NCBI RefSeq assembly: GCF_032062105.1
Contig: NW_026940735.1
Coordinates: 620,001 to 684,000 of the forward strand
Length of the DNA stretch: 64,000 nucleotides
Source of the DNA: Saccostrea cucullata
Taxonomy: Eukaryota
Direction of reading: 5' to 3'
The position numbers and the translations under genes were made by a program. Below, piece by piece: positions 51,471 through 63,539 of the stretch. The notes below the pieces were generated by a model. That model saw nothing but the letters and a program-made list of their open reading frames with translations. It was not told where the DNA came from and made no database searches. Within the stretch, counting starts at the first letter, position 1, and each line of letters begins with the position of its first letter.

Positions 51471-53224
51471 ATGAAGTTTCTGGTGGTGTTCGCTTTGATT
51501 GCTTGTGCTTTTGGTGAAGACGTGGAGCATGAATTCCATGTTCGCGAGTCTGCGGAACACGAGGGTTACGTTGAAGATGAAAACCACATCAAACTGAACG
51601 ACGAAACGGAACTTCTTATGGATCTTCTTAACTTAAACGCACTCCCGGAAAGATATAGAGGGGAGGACTACTTTAAATCCGTAGTAAGTTTGGTTATAAT
51701 CCTGTTTAATTAACAACTTCTAAATTTGGTAACAAAACGTCACAAGTTATACGCGCGAAAACCAGATTTTGAAATGTCAGTAAAATTGTATATAAAGTGA
51801 ATGTTGATCATAAAAAAAGTTTCAATAAGCTTAACAATTTATTTCGGAAATAATTTTAGCCTGACAACAGTTTTTTTTTCAACATTTACTTCACGATTGA
51901 GTTGTTGCTTCGTTTACGTCTCATACCCGCACTCTCTATAAAGAAAGTTCGAGTATATACTCACAGTGTTGTATATGTAATTATCTGGTACTTGTTGGTC
52001 TATTACATATTACAAGGTTATATAAAAAAACTGAAAATAAAACCTCCATTTATCTGTGTTTTGGATTCAAACTGTATATATGTTTATCAAATAAAAAAGA
52101 AATCGGAGAGGGACGGCAGTGAATATACTTCGGCTTATCATAAGTCATGGACTGAAATGACTTCTAAAAACTAACTCCCCTCACTCAACCCCCAACCTAA
52201 GTTTGCCGTCTTCTTCTTTATAATTTGTACTTAATTATTAGGGAAGGAAGAAGTCTTCCAGAGTCGAAGCTTTCCAGTGGACAAACTGTGGTAATAACGA
52301 CCCAGCAAGTATCTTAAGTTTGTCTGTTACACCTGACCCTATACAGTTTCCAGGAACTATCAATATTGCTGGAAAGCTTCAGTTCAACGCCTCGTTTCCA
52401 GCTCCTCTTCCGGTATGATTCAAATGCTATTCAAAAAATTCTCTAGTTTTACTTTGAATTTTGTAGAATGGATTAAAGATCATTCTTAAAAATACAAAAT
52501 ACATGAATATACATGTAGTAATAAAATCAATATAAAATTGAAATGATTAATAGACACAATATTTATACATTTATCAGGTATATTTTACTCAAAGTAATTT
52601 TTTCATCATCATTTAAGGCAAGCCTTGTTCTGTCAAAGAAGGCTGCCGGGATCTGGGTCAAGCTCCCATGTATTGACGGTTTTGGTTCCTGTGATTACCC
52701 TGATCTGTGTCAGATCCTCAGCACTGTGGGAGACTGCCCCGACCCTATCGTCACATCCGGTCTCGGATGTCAGTGCCCCTTTAAATCGGTGAGTAGATTT
52801 TAAATATATTTCATTCGTAACATTTAGTTGTTGTGTTGGCTGCACAAATGACAATTTGTAGTCGTCTATAAGGACGTATTTTTATTTATGAATAATAATT
52901 ATAATATGTATTTTAGTTTGTAAGTAAATCAGGAAGTCTTTGATTTATTAGAAAAAGGAAAACTTACATGATATATGTGAGTGCTTTGGCCGTATTATAT
53001 ACTTGTATTCACTTTGATCAATAACTTTAAGGAAATATTTACAACTTACATGAAAAGATATCATATTCATATTTTTTCTTATCAAGGGTACATTTGATGT
53101 CCAAGGCCTTTCTATTGATGTGGATGCATCTGCTTTCCCTTCCGGAGACTATAAACTCAGAGGCTCCATAACCACTGGTGGAAAAGAGGATGCATGTATT
53201 GAGATTGTTATAACTATTGCCTGA
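51471..53224 (+). CDS. GM2A: GM2 activator-like ML-domain protein, paralog 2
   Basis: Exons 51471-51683, 52242-52412, 52618-52788, 53087-53224; signal peptide; FQWTNCG, PDPIQFPG, WVKLPCIDGFGSCDYPDLC, CQCPF, GDY. Confidence 0.9.
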
Positions 53225-53369
53225 TAAAATATCTCTAGTTTTTATTTATATACATGTTTTCAAAAATTAGAATAAACATTCCTTTATATCGTGTTTTTTT
53301 TTAACTTCAAGATAAATGAGATTGTTTCCAGTAGTCATGTGTCTTTTTTTTCTCATCTATATAATATAC

Positions 53370-53820
53370 AAATTGGAGAAAAATTTTATATATGGCTAGC
53401 ATGGTTGTCAGAAAATTCCAGGAGCGGGATCAAGTGCCTATGACGATATTTTGAAGTTCATTAGAAAGTAGACGACGGAAAAGCTGAAATCATCTTGTCA
53501 TACAGATGCAGGCCTTTACTGTCTATGGTCTGCAAGACACACAAATTGGAAACAGATGTGAGAGGCTCTATATTTTCTCTTATTTCAAGTTCACCTCGAC
53601 ATATGAATGAACTATTGATAATTGATGATACGTCATCGACATATATCTTTAAATGTCGAGTTGATAACCACAGCATGTGTTCGTCGTATTTCTAAATATA
53701 ATAAAGTTTTCCTAATTTGAACTGAATATGAATATAAAAACAGGTCGGTTAATAAAAGGGGCAAAATTAGTGTCCATTTGGACTCCTGCAGATTGTTGGA
53801 AGCTCAGGACTCCGAAGATT
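53370..53820 (-). mobile_element. Degenerate Penelope-like RT fragment
   Basis: - strand reads ..RHLKIYVDDVSSIIN..ELEIRE..LYDK..; homologous to 59880-61051. Confidence 0.6.
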
Positions 53821-53959
53821 ATAATTATTGTCAGTGTGGAATTTCACGCAGCACCCTTTACATGTAAACATGAAGTTCAGATATCATGTGTGTAGAATTA
53901 GATTGATTTTGTCGATGACAAATTTCAAAATAGGAAAATTTCCAACTTCTATTTTGTAA

Positions 53960-54840
53960 TCAAAGATTCGGGGGTATACAGTTTTTGCCCTGCCCGTTCG
54001 TCCGTCGAGCCGTTTGTCTGCAAAAACTTTTGCATTGCCCATAGAGTGTAATTTTTGATTGGTTGAGCTATGGATCTCATGTTTCAAATGTGTATTCCTT
54101 GTAAAAAGAACTTTATTTTGGTACCAACATATTTAATTTCCTGACCTCTACCTTGATGTTAAAGTTTTGCAAGAATTTACTCAACTTTATAATTGAACGA
54201 TAACTTTTGAAACAGTTGGCTTTTATACTTTGCGTAAGTACAATGTATTCATTGTGACAAGACTTTTCTATTGATATAAATAGTTTTACCCTTTGACCTT
54301 GACCTTTAAATTTCACCAATTTATTTTTTATAAAAACCTTTAAGTGTGGATATAACTTTGAATAATTAGTACTATATGTATGATCTCATATTACACAGTA
54401 TTCCATGTGACAAGGTCTTCCTCTGAATACCAACAATATTGTCCTTTTGACCTTGACCTGGGAGTTTGACCTACTGTTAAAAAACTTTAATCTAGGCCAT
54501 TGCTTTTGAATATTTTTACTAGGATTTTAATGCATGTTTTTCAAATGAATATTAATTAAGTAAGGATCTTTCCCTTGTGCCTTTAATTTGACCCTTTGAC
54601 CTTGCAGTTTAATCAATATTTTTTTTTTTTAAACTTTAACCTTGGCCACAAGTTTTTAATGGTTAGTACTTGGGCCTTCATATTTCACCTGTCAGGTATA
54701 TTTATCGAGACACATTCTTTCTATAGGTAACAACCTTACATAATCTCTTGGCCTTTGAGTTTGACTTGCATTTTAGAAACTTCAACCTTTGCCAAAAGCT
54801 GTCATTCGGGGGCATCAGTGTTTCACAAACACGACCTGTT
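53960..54840. repeat. Degenerate HINE-like element with TTGACCTT-rich tandem subunits
   Basis: 5' cgggggtata + (gtcc)-like tract, repeated ctttgaccttgacc, 3' cgggggcatc-gtgtttcacaaacac hairpin. Confidence 0.65.
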
Positions 54841-55102
54841 CCATTACAGTTCACTTGAATACTTTCTCGTATAATTTTGCATTCCCATACAGAATCAAAC
54901 TTTTTTTGTTTAAAAAAAGACTTGCAACACTCTTTGTATAGGGCACAGAGAGCCACGATTGATATCATATGAACATCCCTAAACTTCATCTGTATTTTCT
55001 TTCTTAATGTTTATCTAGATAGAAACTTTATCGTTCAGACAAGCTGATAGTAGGCAGCTTACAAAACTTGATAATTAAATAGGTTGTAAATTCGTTTGCA
55101 AG

Positions 55103-56386
55103 ATGTACCGTTTTTGTTGGGTTGCTGGTGTTGCTGCAGTCTTTGTTGCAGCCCTAGCAATACAGGGCTCCGCCTCCCTCAGAAAACTCATTGAAGACGA
55201 CACAGAACTTTTCCTTAACTTTCTGAACAACGATGTTCTACCAGAAAGATATCGCAGTGCAGAATATTTCAAGAAAATTGTAAGTACGTCAGAATGGAAT
55301 ATTTACTCTTTGATCTTCTTTTCGTAAACAACTTAAAATTTGATCGCAATATATAGAGGCACTGTTTATTTTTCCAAAGTAGTAAGTGTATTCTTTCAAA
55401 AGAGATAATACGTACTGACTGGTGTTAATAGCTGTTCCATGATGAATAATAATTCAACGAAATGAGCCTGATAATGGCAATATTTTATCTAGCAATGAGA
55501 TGATGGTATATAAGATACTTATCGCTAGTACTTCATAATGACATATAGGGTAAGACATTAAAAGTGCAGGCGTTCAGCTTTAAGAACTGTGGCGGAAGTG
55601 TTGCTGGACTGACCAAACTCCAAGTGGTCCCCGACCCTCTCGCATTACCGGGAAATTTCAACGTGTCTGGCATCGGCTACATCAAAGAGGGCTTAAAGTC
55701 ACCTTTACAGGTATAAGTCAGAAAAACTAATTTCCAGTGAGAGCATTTCACTTGATGATAAACCGATTCTATATTATGGAAAGAACTTGTCTGTTTGAGC
55801 ACATGTAATCAGCTACAGGTTTCAAAATAGGCTCCCATATATAACTGCATTGAGTTCGATGGTTTTTGTTTTGGCTTCCAAAGCTGATTTTATAATTAAC
55901 TTTCCATGTTAATGTTCTAGGCATCCCTACTAATTCATAAGAAGGCAGCGGGTGTTTGGGTCAAAATACCATGTCTCGGAGACTTCGGGTCATGTGACTA
56001 TGACGACTTGTGTGAAATACTCGACATGGCATCGGAGTGTCCGGATGCAATTCAGAAATCAGGGCTTGGCTGCCAATGCCCATTCAAACAGGTATAAACA
56101 TAAATACTAATACAAAGATCAAACTTACAATAAACGCATTTTAAGGACATTCAGATCTTGATCAGTTAATGATTTGTATTGAAGAATTTTTTGAAGCATT
56201 TTTTTTTATAAATAATAATATTGGTGATAATTTATAATACAATTTCAGGGAAATTACAGCATTCCAAATATAAACATGTATGGATCTTTTGGATTTCCCA
56301 AAGGAGACTATAACCTTACCGGCACTCTCCACTACCAGGGAAAATATGTGGCCTGTCTGGAAGTCATTCTTACAATAGCAGCATAA
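55103..56386 (+). CDS. GM2A: GM2 activator-like ML-domain protein, paralog 3
   Basis: Exons 55103-55279, 55549-55710, 55921-56091, 56249-56386; signal peptide; FSFKNCG, PDPLALPG, WVKIPCLGDFGSCDYDDLC, CQCPF, GDY, ACLEV. Confidence 0.9.
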
Positions 56387-56810
56387 CAGTCAAAGCGATT
56401 AGCGAAAATTGAATTGATAACACAGTGTTAATAGCATTATTTATCTGGCAAGCAGGAACTCTCAACAGCCAAGAAGCAAAATGTTCAATAGATATGGACA
56501 CTGTATCAATAAAACTGTTTTTCTGTATATAAAATTGTTCCATATAAAATTCAAAATTTCAATAAACTGGACACATATTCAAAACTCAAATGTAATAATT
56601 AAATATCAACTTTATTAGAATTCAGCTTCCAAGGCCCAAGATATCCAGCAGAATTCAAATTCATGTTTTATTTTCGGTTGTATTCTGCAAGTCCTTCTCA
56701 TTCTTCACAGTTCATTCACCATCACCCAAAGAAGTCTGCATTTCAATTAATAGCATTTGCCAACAGACATTTTCTTGATTATACAGGTTGATTTATTAAT
56801 TAATACTTTT

Positions 56811-58848
56811 TTACTTAATCTGTACATCCTTTAGGGTGGGTGAAGTTAGTACCCCCTTCCCCTCTATCTGTAGGGGGTCTCCTCTAAAAGTGGCTACCTT
56901 GTCTTTGTTCACCCTCAGTTCTGGTGCTAGGGTTTCCCAGACTTTTTTCTTTGGGTTAAGTTGGGCATCTGGTGTTCCTGATATAAGGAAAGGGGTACAC
57001 AATTTCTGAATTACACAAGATGTCTTTTGCTAAACAGTTTAAGATCTTGATTTAGGTGATATTCTGAGGAAATACTTCTAGCAAAAGCTATTAATATTTT
57101 GGACTACCAAAAAGATTACCAAACTTTGATCAATAAATACAATGTAATAATTTTTGTTAAATTAAAAAAAAAATCAACATATACAAATAAAAAATTTGTC
57201 CAACAGCTAATTCATCCTTTAATCCAACACTTAAGGGATTGGGTCTACACATACCTGGATACTCCTTACAGGTGACCTTATCCCCAATGACCGCACCAGG
57301 AGGGATGTTTAGAATCTCCACCTTCTCTGGAGTGCTAGCACACATGATCATAGCTTCAGAGAGAACTCCTCTCATTTTGGCAGGTTTTAAATTACACATA
57401 AATACTGCCACTTTATTCTGCATCTACAAGAACATAGAATGATACAATTTCTTATTGCAAATCTTTATAATACTTCTTTCTCTAAATATGAGGTTATTCC
57501 CTAATGAAACAGAATCTCAAAATATAAATCGATGAAAAAAGTAGATTTGTCTTTACCTGTTCTATAGGGATATGTTTGACAAGGCCTGACACCACCGTGC
57601 GGTTCTTCCCCTCTCCAACATCTACTTCCTCTATATAAAGACTGTCTGCATCAGGGTGCTTCTTAACGTCCACAATCTGCCCCACTCTGAAGTCTAAGCG
57701 AGAGACGTCCATCTTCCCTTCAGCTGCAGGCTCATTCTTGCCTTTCTTAGCTTTTGGTTCTTTAATTGAAAAACAATGTTCTCATTTACATTGAAGCTTG
57801 TACAATTTTTATGTACAGTGAACTAATAACATGCACGTTTTTTTAAAAATAATTCTATAATAAAAAGAAAGTAAAGCATTTAACTGAGACTGATTGTATT
57901 AAATCAGCATAAAGGCTTCTCTTGATCATGTATTACCTCCATCATTTGCAGGCTTCTTCTCTTTCTTGTCTGACTTCTCTGGTTTTTTGTTGCTGGTTTT
58001 GACAGGTGCTTGTTTGACCTCTGGCTCAAGTGGACTCTCTTTTTTAGGTGGCTCTGCTTTCATCACAGTTCTATTGGTAGGTAGAGGGACTTGTTTAACT
58101 GAAAAAAGTTTCAAATACCATGATATTTAAATCCAACTGCAGTCTTTCAGGAATGTGTTTACAAACTTATGTATCTGTTGCATGAACATTAAAGAATTTC
58201 AATCTTTAAATTCAAAGTGACAACAATGTCCTCACATTCATGAATAAAAAGAATTTGGATTATACAGTTTTTCACTCAGTAGAAATTAGTACCTCCATTC
58301 TTTATCTCTGCCAATATCAGCTGAGATTTCAGTTCCTCCACTTCAGTTCGTAATTTCTGATTTTCAGTTTTCAGTCGCTCCTCCTCAGGTTTTGATATAG
58401 TGACAGCTTAAAAATATTCAAAGAATAATTACAAACCTAATTAAGTTTGTCTCATGGCACATGTCTTAAGAACTGGTAAAAATTCTATTCACATGACAGT
58501 GATATCTATAAACAACAAGGGGAAAAAAAGAGGCTCATGGGCCATCATGCCTTTAGCAACTTGAATCTACGCAGTGTACGTAGGCTTAATTGTTTTTAAT
58601 CTTAGTGTTCTGTTTTTAGAACAAGATGCTCGAGAGCCTTAATGATAGATATGATGGATCTTTTTTTTTATTTCCATAATCTTAAATCTATCTCTATATC
58701 AATACTAATTTTTTAAAATTTCTACTCAGAGTATATTTTCACCTGCATTCTGTCTTAGAATTTCAATCTGCTGCTTTAGTTCGGTAATGATAGACTCTGC
58801 CTGTTTTGCACGTTGATTCAATCGCTGAAGAACAGATGCAGACGCCAT
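56811..58848 (-). CDS. AIMP1: Aminoacyl-tRNA synthetase complex-interacting multifunctional protein 1 (p43/EMAP II)
   Basis: Exons 58848-58743, 58406-58293, 58098-57937, 57759-57557, 57423-57255, 56977-56811. [14 protein letters not shown] coiled coil; [65 protein letters not shown]. Confidence 0.94.
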
Positions 58849-59394
58849 TCTGAAAAAGAGAGGACGATTTTATCCTAAATATTTTACCAACAATCTAAAC
58901 GTAAAAAATACTTTATTAAATTACTCACAGTGACCTAAAAAACTGGCACAGACTTAGTGTAATTTAATACGAAACAAGCATAATATACAGCGATCAGTCA
59001 TGGCGGAAACATACCTTAAATTGACAACTCTACTGAACATCAGAAAAAATACAGAGGAAATTTGGAACACCACGTCCAAAACGTTTCGATGACGCAGATT
59101 TAATCGTGCACTAATATTCAAATGAAAACTTAATACATTTCCGGGAATAATGTTAATGATTTATTTCAGTATTATTGAAATGTTCTTCCCTGTAATTACT
59201 ATAAATACCCACAATACATTCGTTTAAAAGCTAAAAAAATTATCTTTGATATTTTAAGGTTTATTCATATCGATTCATAATCGAAAACGGAAATATGCAT
59301 CTAAACGCACCTTTCTAAATATAGTTATCTTGATCATGTGCCTGTGACTATAAATCGTACACACTGGAAATCAACACAACAATGCGTAAATAAA

Positions 59395-62348
59395 ATGGCT
59401 AGATCAGTTGCAGGTCAGATAGAAACTTCACTTTTGTCATGTTCAATATGCATGGAACATTTTAAGAAACCAAAAGCGCTGCCTTGTTTACACACTTTCT
59501 GCGAAGACTGTTTGAGGGACTATATCGTCAGCAGATTCGAGTCCGTTGGAAGCTTCCCATGTCCAATCTGCAGACAGGTACTGTACGTTTTACAAATGTC
59601 TTGTAACTTTTATGAAAACATTAAATATTGTCTACATCAGAAAATAAATGTCTTTGAAAACAATCATGATTGTAGATTGACGAGATATCTGGAGAACCAT
59701 TTGACACAGGCCGCTGTGTACCCCCACCCTTCGCCTTTCTTAGATTTTTTTGGGGGGGGGGGGGGGGGTGGATTATAATATATGATTTCCTAACAATGTT
59801 GTTTAAATTCTGAAAATACCTTTATATTGCAGTGGAGAGACAATCTTTTATCAACTTTTAAACGGTTTAATATACATGTGATAAGAATATGAGGAACTGT
59901 TCCCCAGTGTTCAAAACTTACGACTTTTCAACTTCATACACAACCATTCCACACGATAAATGAAAGGTCAGGCTTTTTGATATCATTAACAGCTGCTTTT
60001 TCAATAAAATGAAACTCGTAAATTTACTTACCTTGTCATTTGTCATTTGCAAAATTATTTTGTTGAAAACATTCTGATGAAACATATGGAGATAACGAAC
60101 AGTATTCAAGTCAATAAAACAATACAAAACAGAAGCAGAGCAAACACGGACCTTCAAAACATCAGATGTGGGATCAGGTACCATTTAAAACACAAGTTCT
60201 CTGAAGTTGACATCAAAAAGATGTTTGAGGTTTCTGATTGACAATTATCTATGTTGTTTTGGAGACCAGGTCTTCCAGCAATCTATTGGAATACCTGTGG
60301 GTACCAATTGTGCCCTGTTATTAGCAGACCTATTTTTGTATTCATATGAAGGGGAGTTTGTCCAATTATACATGTATATATCGACGACATATTGTTAATT
60401 AACAATGGTAATTCCCATTCTTATGTCGATACGATATATCCTGGTGAGCTTGAGATAAAAAAAAATACCACAGAGTTGTTTCATATTTGGATATTTTACT
60501 TGAAAAAGACGTTAATGGTAATCTAACAACCAAGTTCTATGATAAATGGTATAACTTTAAGTTTTCAATCGTCAACTTCCCTAACTTATGCAGCAACATA
60601 CCTTCATCTGACACCTTCATACGGAGTTTATATATCTCAGTTGATTCAATATGGAAGAGAATGCTCTACGTATGAACAATTTCTAAAACGAGGTAAATAA
60701 ATTACTGACAAACAAGTTGATGAAACAAGAATATCAGCAATCTCGTTTAAAGTTATTTCATAAGTTCTATGGTAGACACAATGAACTTGTCAGCAAGTAC
60801 AATTTATCATTGAGTTGCTGACTGACGTTTTCCATACTAATTGTTAGTCCATTATTTATACACTGAATTGACGACGGATTTTTCCGTTATTTCCCGATCA
60901 TGACAAGGAGCATGGCAGGGAATGCTCACTCTTCTATGGCACCTGATCCCACCTCTGATGTTTTGGAGGTCCGTGTTTGCTCTGCTCATATTTTGTATTA
61001 TTTTATGGATCTTTGATCTTGAATACTGTTCGTTATCTCCATATGTTTCATATATAAGCACTGAAATTATGTAATTTTACTGTAAATTTCAGGGTTATTC
61101 ATTTATGGTGTGGTGTTCATTAGTCAAAGCATTTAGCCAATATATACCTGTACGGAATATCAATATCTACCTATGCGGAAGTTGTGTAATTGATTTTTTT
61201 GTTTACTGTTTTAGCTTGTATACATCCCTCCAAATGGAGTGTATGGATTTCCCGACAACCACTTTATTATCAGTTTACAAGATACTGTGCAACATTCCAG
61301 TGAATATGTAGAATCTGGAAGTTTTGATAACAACCTCCCACAGAATGAACACACATCTATTCCTTTATTACACCCTGACAAATACTCTGTGAGGTTTACC
61401 AAACCTAGGTCTACAAGACTGCTGAAAACGTTCGGCCATTTTGGTTTAGACCAAGATGGCTTGGTTCATGTTTCGGGTATGGCGTTCTCTCCTCTAACAG
61501 GAGAAATTTTAGTAGCTGATTGCAGTCTCAACAAAGTTTTGATGTACTCCAAATCCGGGGATTACCTTGGAGGGTTTGTCTGTGATTGCTCAATCCGGGA
61601 TATTGCAGTCACTGCTCAAGGGTCTATTTTGCTGACGGTTAGCCGCGCAGGTTCAGCTATCATGAGAGAATATGGACACGCGGGCAATGTAATTGCCTCC
61701 CACGGCTCTTTCTATAAGTTTGAAAACCCTTTTGGAATCTGTGTCTCGAGAATGGGAAAAGTTATTATTTCAAGTTTACAAAACAGCAACATTCACATCT
61801 TCACAGAGCGGAAAAAACCTTCGACGAAGTTCGGCTCTAGAGGGAGTGGGCCAAACCATTTCATGGTGCCATACTACGTTGCTGTCAATAGTCGCGACGA
61901 CATTGTGGTTTCTGATAGTGGAAACCATCGAGTGAAAATTCACAAAAACGATGGCACTATTCTTCATATTTTCGGCAAACAAGGCTCTCAGAATGGTGAA
62001 TTCTTTTACCCGCAAGGTGTGTTCGTTGATAAATACGATAACATTTATGTTGCAGATGCGAACAACTTTCGAGTTCAAGTTTTTTCACCGGAAGGAGAAT
62101 ACCTTTCGACACCTGTGGAAAACACTTACGAATTTGGCGTTGACGTCAAACCAACGAACGTCATAATTGTAGAAAACTCTCTGGTTGTAGCTTTACGAGG
62201 AACTCGGGTTTCCCTTCTACAAATATACGACTGGAAAAATCAAGACTTCACTATGAAAACGAAGAAGAAGAAGCGAACTTCAACAAATCTGTTAGATTCT
62301 TGTTGTCCATGCTTTTCATCCTCAAAAATAAACTACGATGAAATATAA
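59395..62348 (+). CDS. RING-HC plus NHL-repeat protein (TRIM2/3-like domains, no B-box or coiled coil), ~438 aa
   Basis: Exons 59395-59577 (CSIC..PKALPCLHTFCEDC..CPICRQ|GT) and 61215-62348 (AG|LVYIPPNGVYGFPDNHFI.., NHL repeats FGSRGSGPNHF.VPYYVAV..IVVSDSGNHRV and FFYPQGV..VADANNFRVQVF). Confidence 0.88.
59880..61051 (+). mobile_element. Degenerate Penelope-like retroelement remnant in the RING-NHL intron
   Basis: QQSIGIPVGTNCALLLADLFLYSYE, YIDD, TTKFYDK..FSIVNFPNLCSNIPS with frameshifts; terminal segment duplicated in inverted orientation. Confidence 0.75.
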
Positions 62349-63137
62349 ATATTTGCGAGTTGTATTGAACTTAAGTGAAATTGTTATTTTCTGTGTCATT
62401 TGCTTATTTATCTAGTCATTTTTTATTATTCACAATGCTTTGATAAGTGTTATCAATCTTGTGGAATGAACCCTCGGTGTGACTTTTTTGAATGCACATT
62501 TTGCATAGCCTAAATTGCACGAAGCTGGGAAGAAAGGGTAAGGGTCACTGGATCAAGAATTGTAACAGACTTAAATCAACATCTGATTGTGAGATTATAA
62601 TATCAAAAATAATTTTGGTTGTTTATTACAAATGACTAGTTTCTCCTTACCTTTCTTGTTTTACCAATTCCAGAATGTCTTACCTTATACAAAAGGGTAT
62701 CCGTAATTTAATATTTATTTTAAAGCAATCAATGCACTTTTAAAAACGATAAATTGAATATGCTTACATAGATATAATAAATTATATTACTCATTTACAT
62801 CTTACATTTTTATTTTAAGACGCAGGAATATATATCTGTATTCCAGATATGCAACCGAATATTAACCATTTAGCTTTTAAACATTAATATGTACACATTT
62901 ATGAATATTTGATAAATGTCGTGATTTTCAAAGGAATACATGTATGAAAGGCAGATAGTATGTGGTAAAGTGCCACCCCTCCAATGAAGCAATAAATGCT
63001 AGGGAAAATTTTATGGAATATACACACTGGGATGTAATACACCCATAGAGGGAAGAATTTTTGTATGTGTAAGGTATAGCGTTGAATTATACCATCCAAC
63101 TTTGTAACAGAAAATTTATATATCACTAGTATCAAAA

Positions 63138-63450
63138 GACTTGGAAAATATTAGTAATATTTCAATGAAAAAACAAATATAACTTTAGAAATATATACCA
63201 AGCCAGGTGAATTTTAAGAGGAAGATCAAAATGACAAAACATTAGCAATATCACACAGGCTGATTTTTACCATTTAGCTTTTCCTAATAAAATTCACCTG
63301 GCTTGGTATAATTTTTTAAAGGTTACTGTATATTACACTTTTAGCACCATGGTAACATATTCTGAAATTTGTTTTCACCTGTAAACCTTTACTGAATGTG
63401 ATTTGTCTATATTTATTTTTTCATTGAAATATTACTAATATTTTCCGAGT
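63138..63450. mobile_element. Foldback element with nested inverted repeats
   Basis: Outer GGAAAATATTAGTAATATTTCAATGAAAAAA and its reverse complement; inner TATACCAAGCCAGGTGAATTTTA / TAAAATTCACCTGGCTTGGTATA. Confidence 0.8.
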
Positions 63451-63539
63451 GATTTTTCATATTCCAGTTCTTAGGAGAAAAATATCTAAGAGCCATCCAC
63501 TTTTCTAAACTTGTGACATGATATTAAATCTTTTTCAAA

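Noticed and set aside
58929-59015. Upstream AIMP1 exon encoding an N-terminal targeting extension
   Set aside because: In the frame that splices onto the ATG exon there is a TAA and no ATG after it, so it is treated as 5' UTR.
130-63135. Numerous 60-110 aa ORFs antisense to genes or in AT-rich intergenic DNA
   Set aside because: No recognisable motifs or splice support; expected by chance or as shadows of real exons and repeats.
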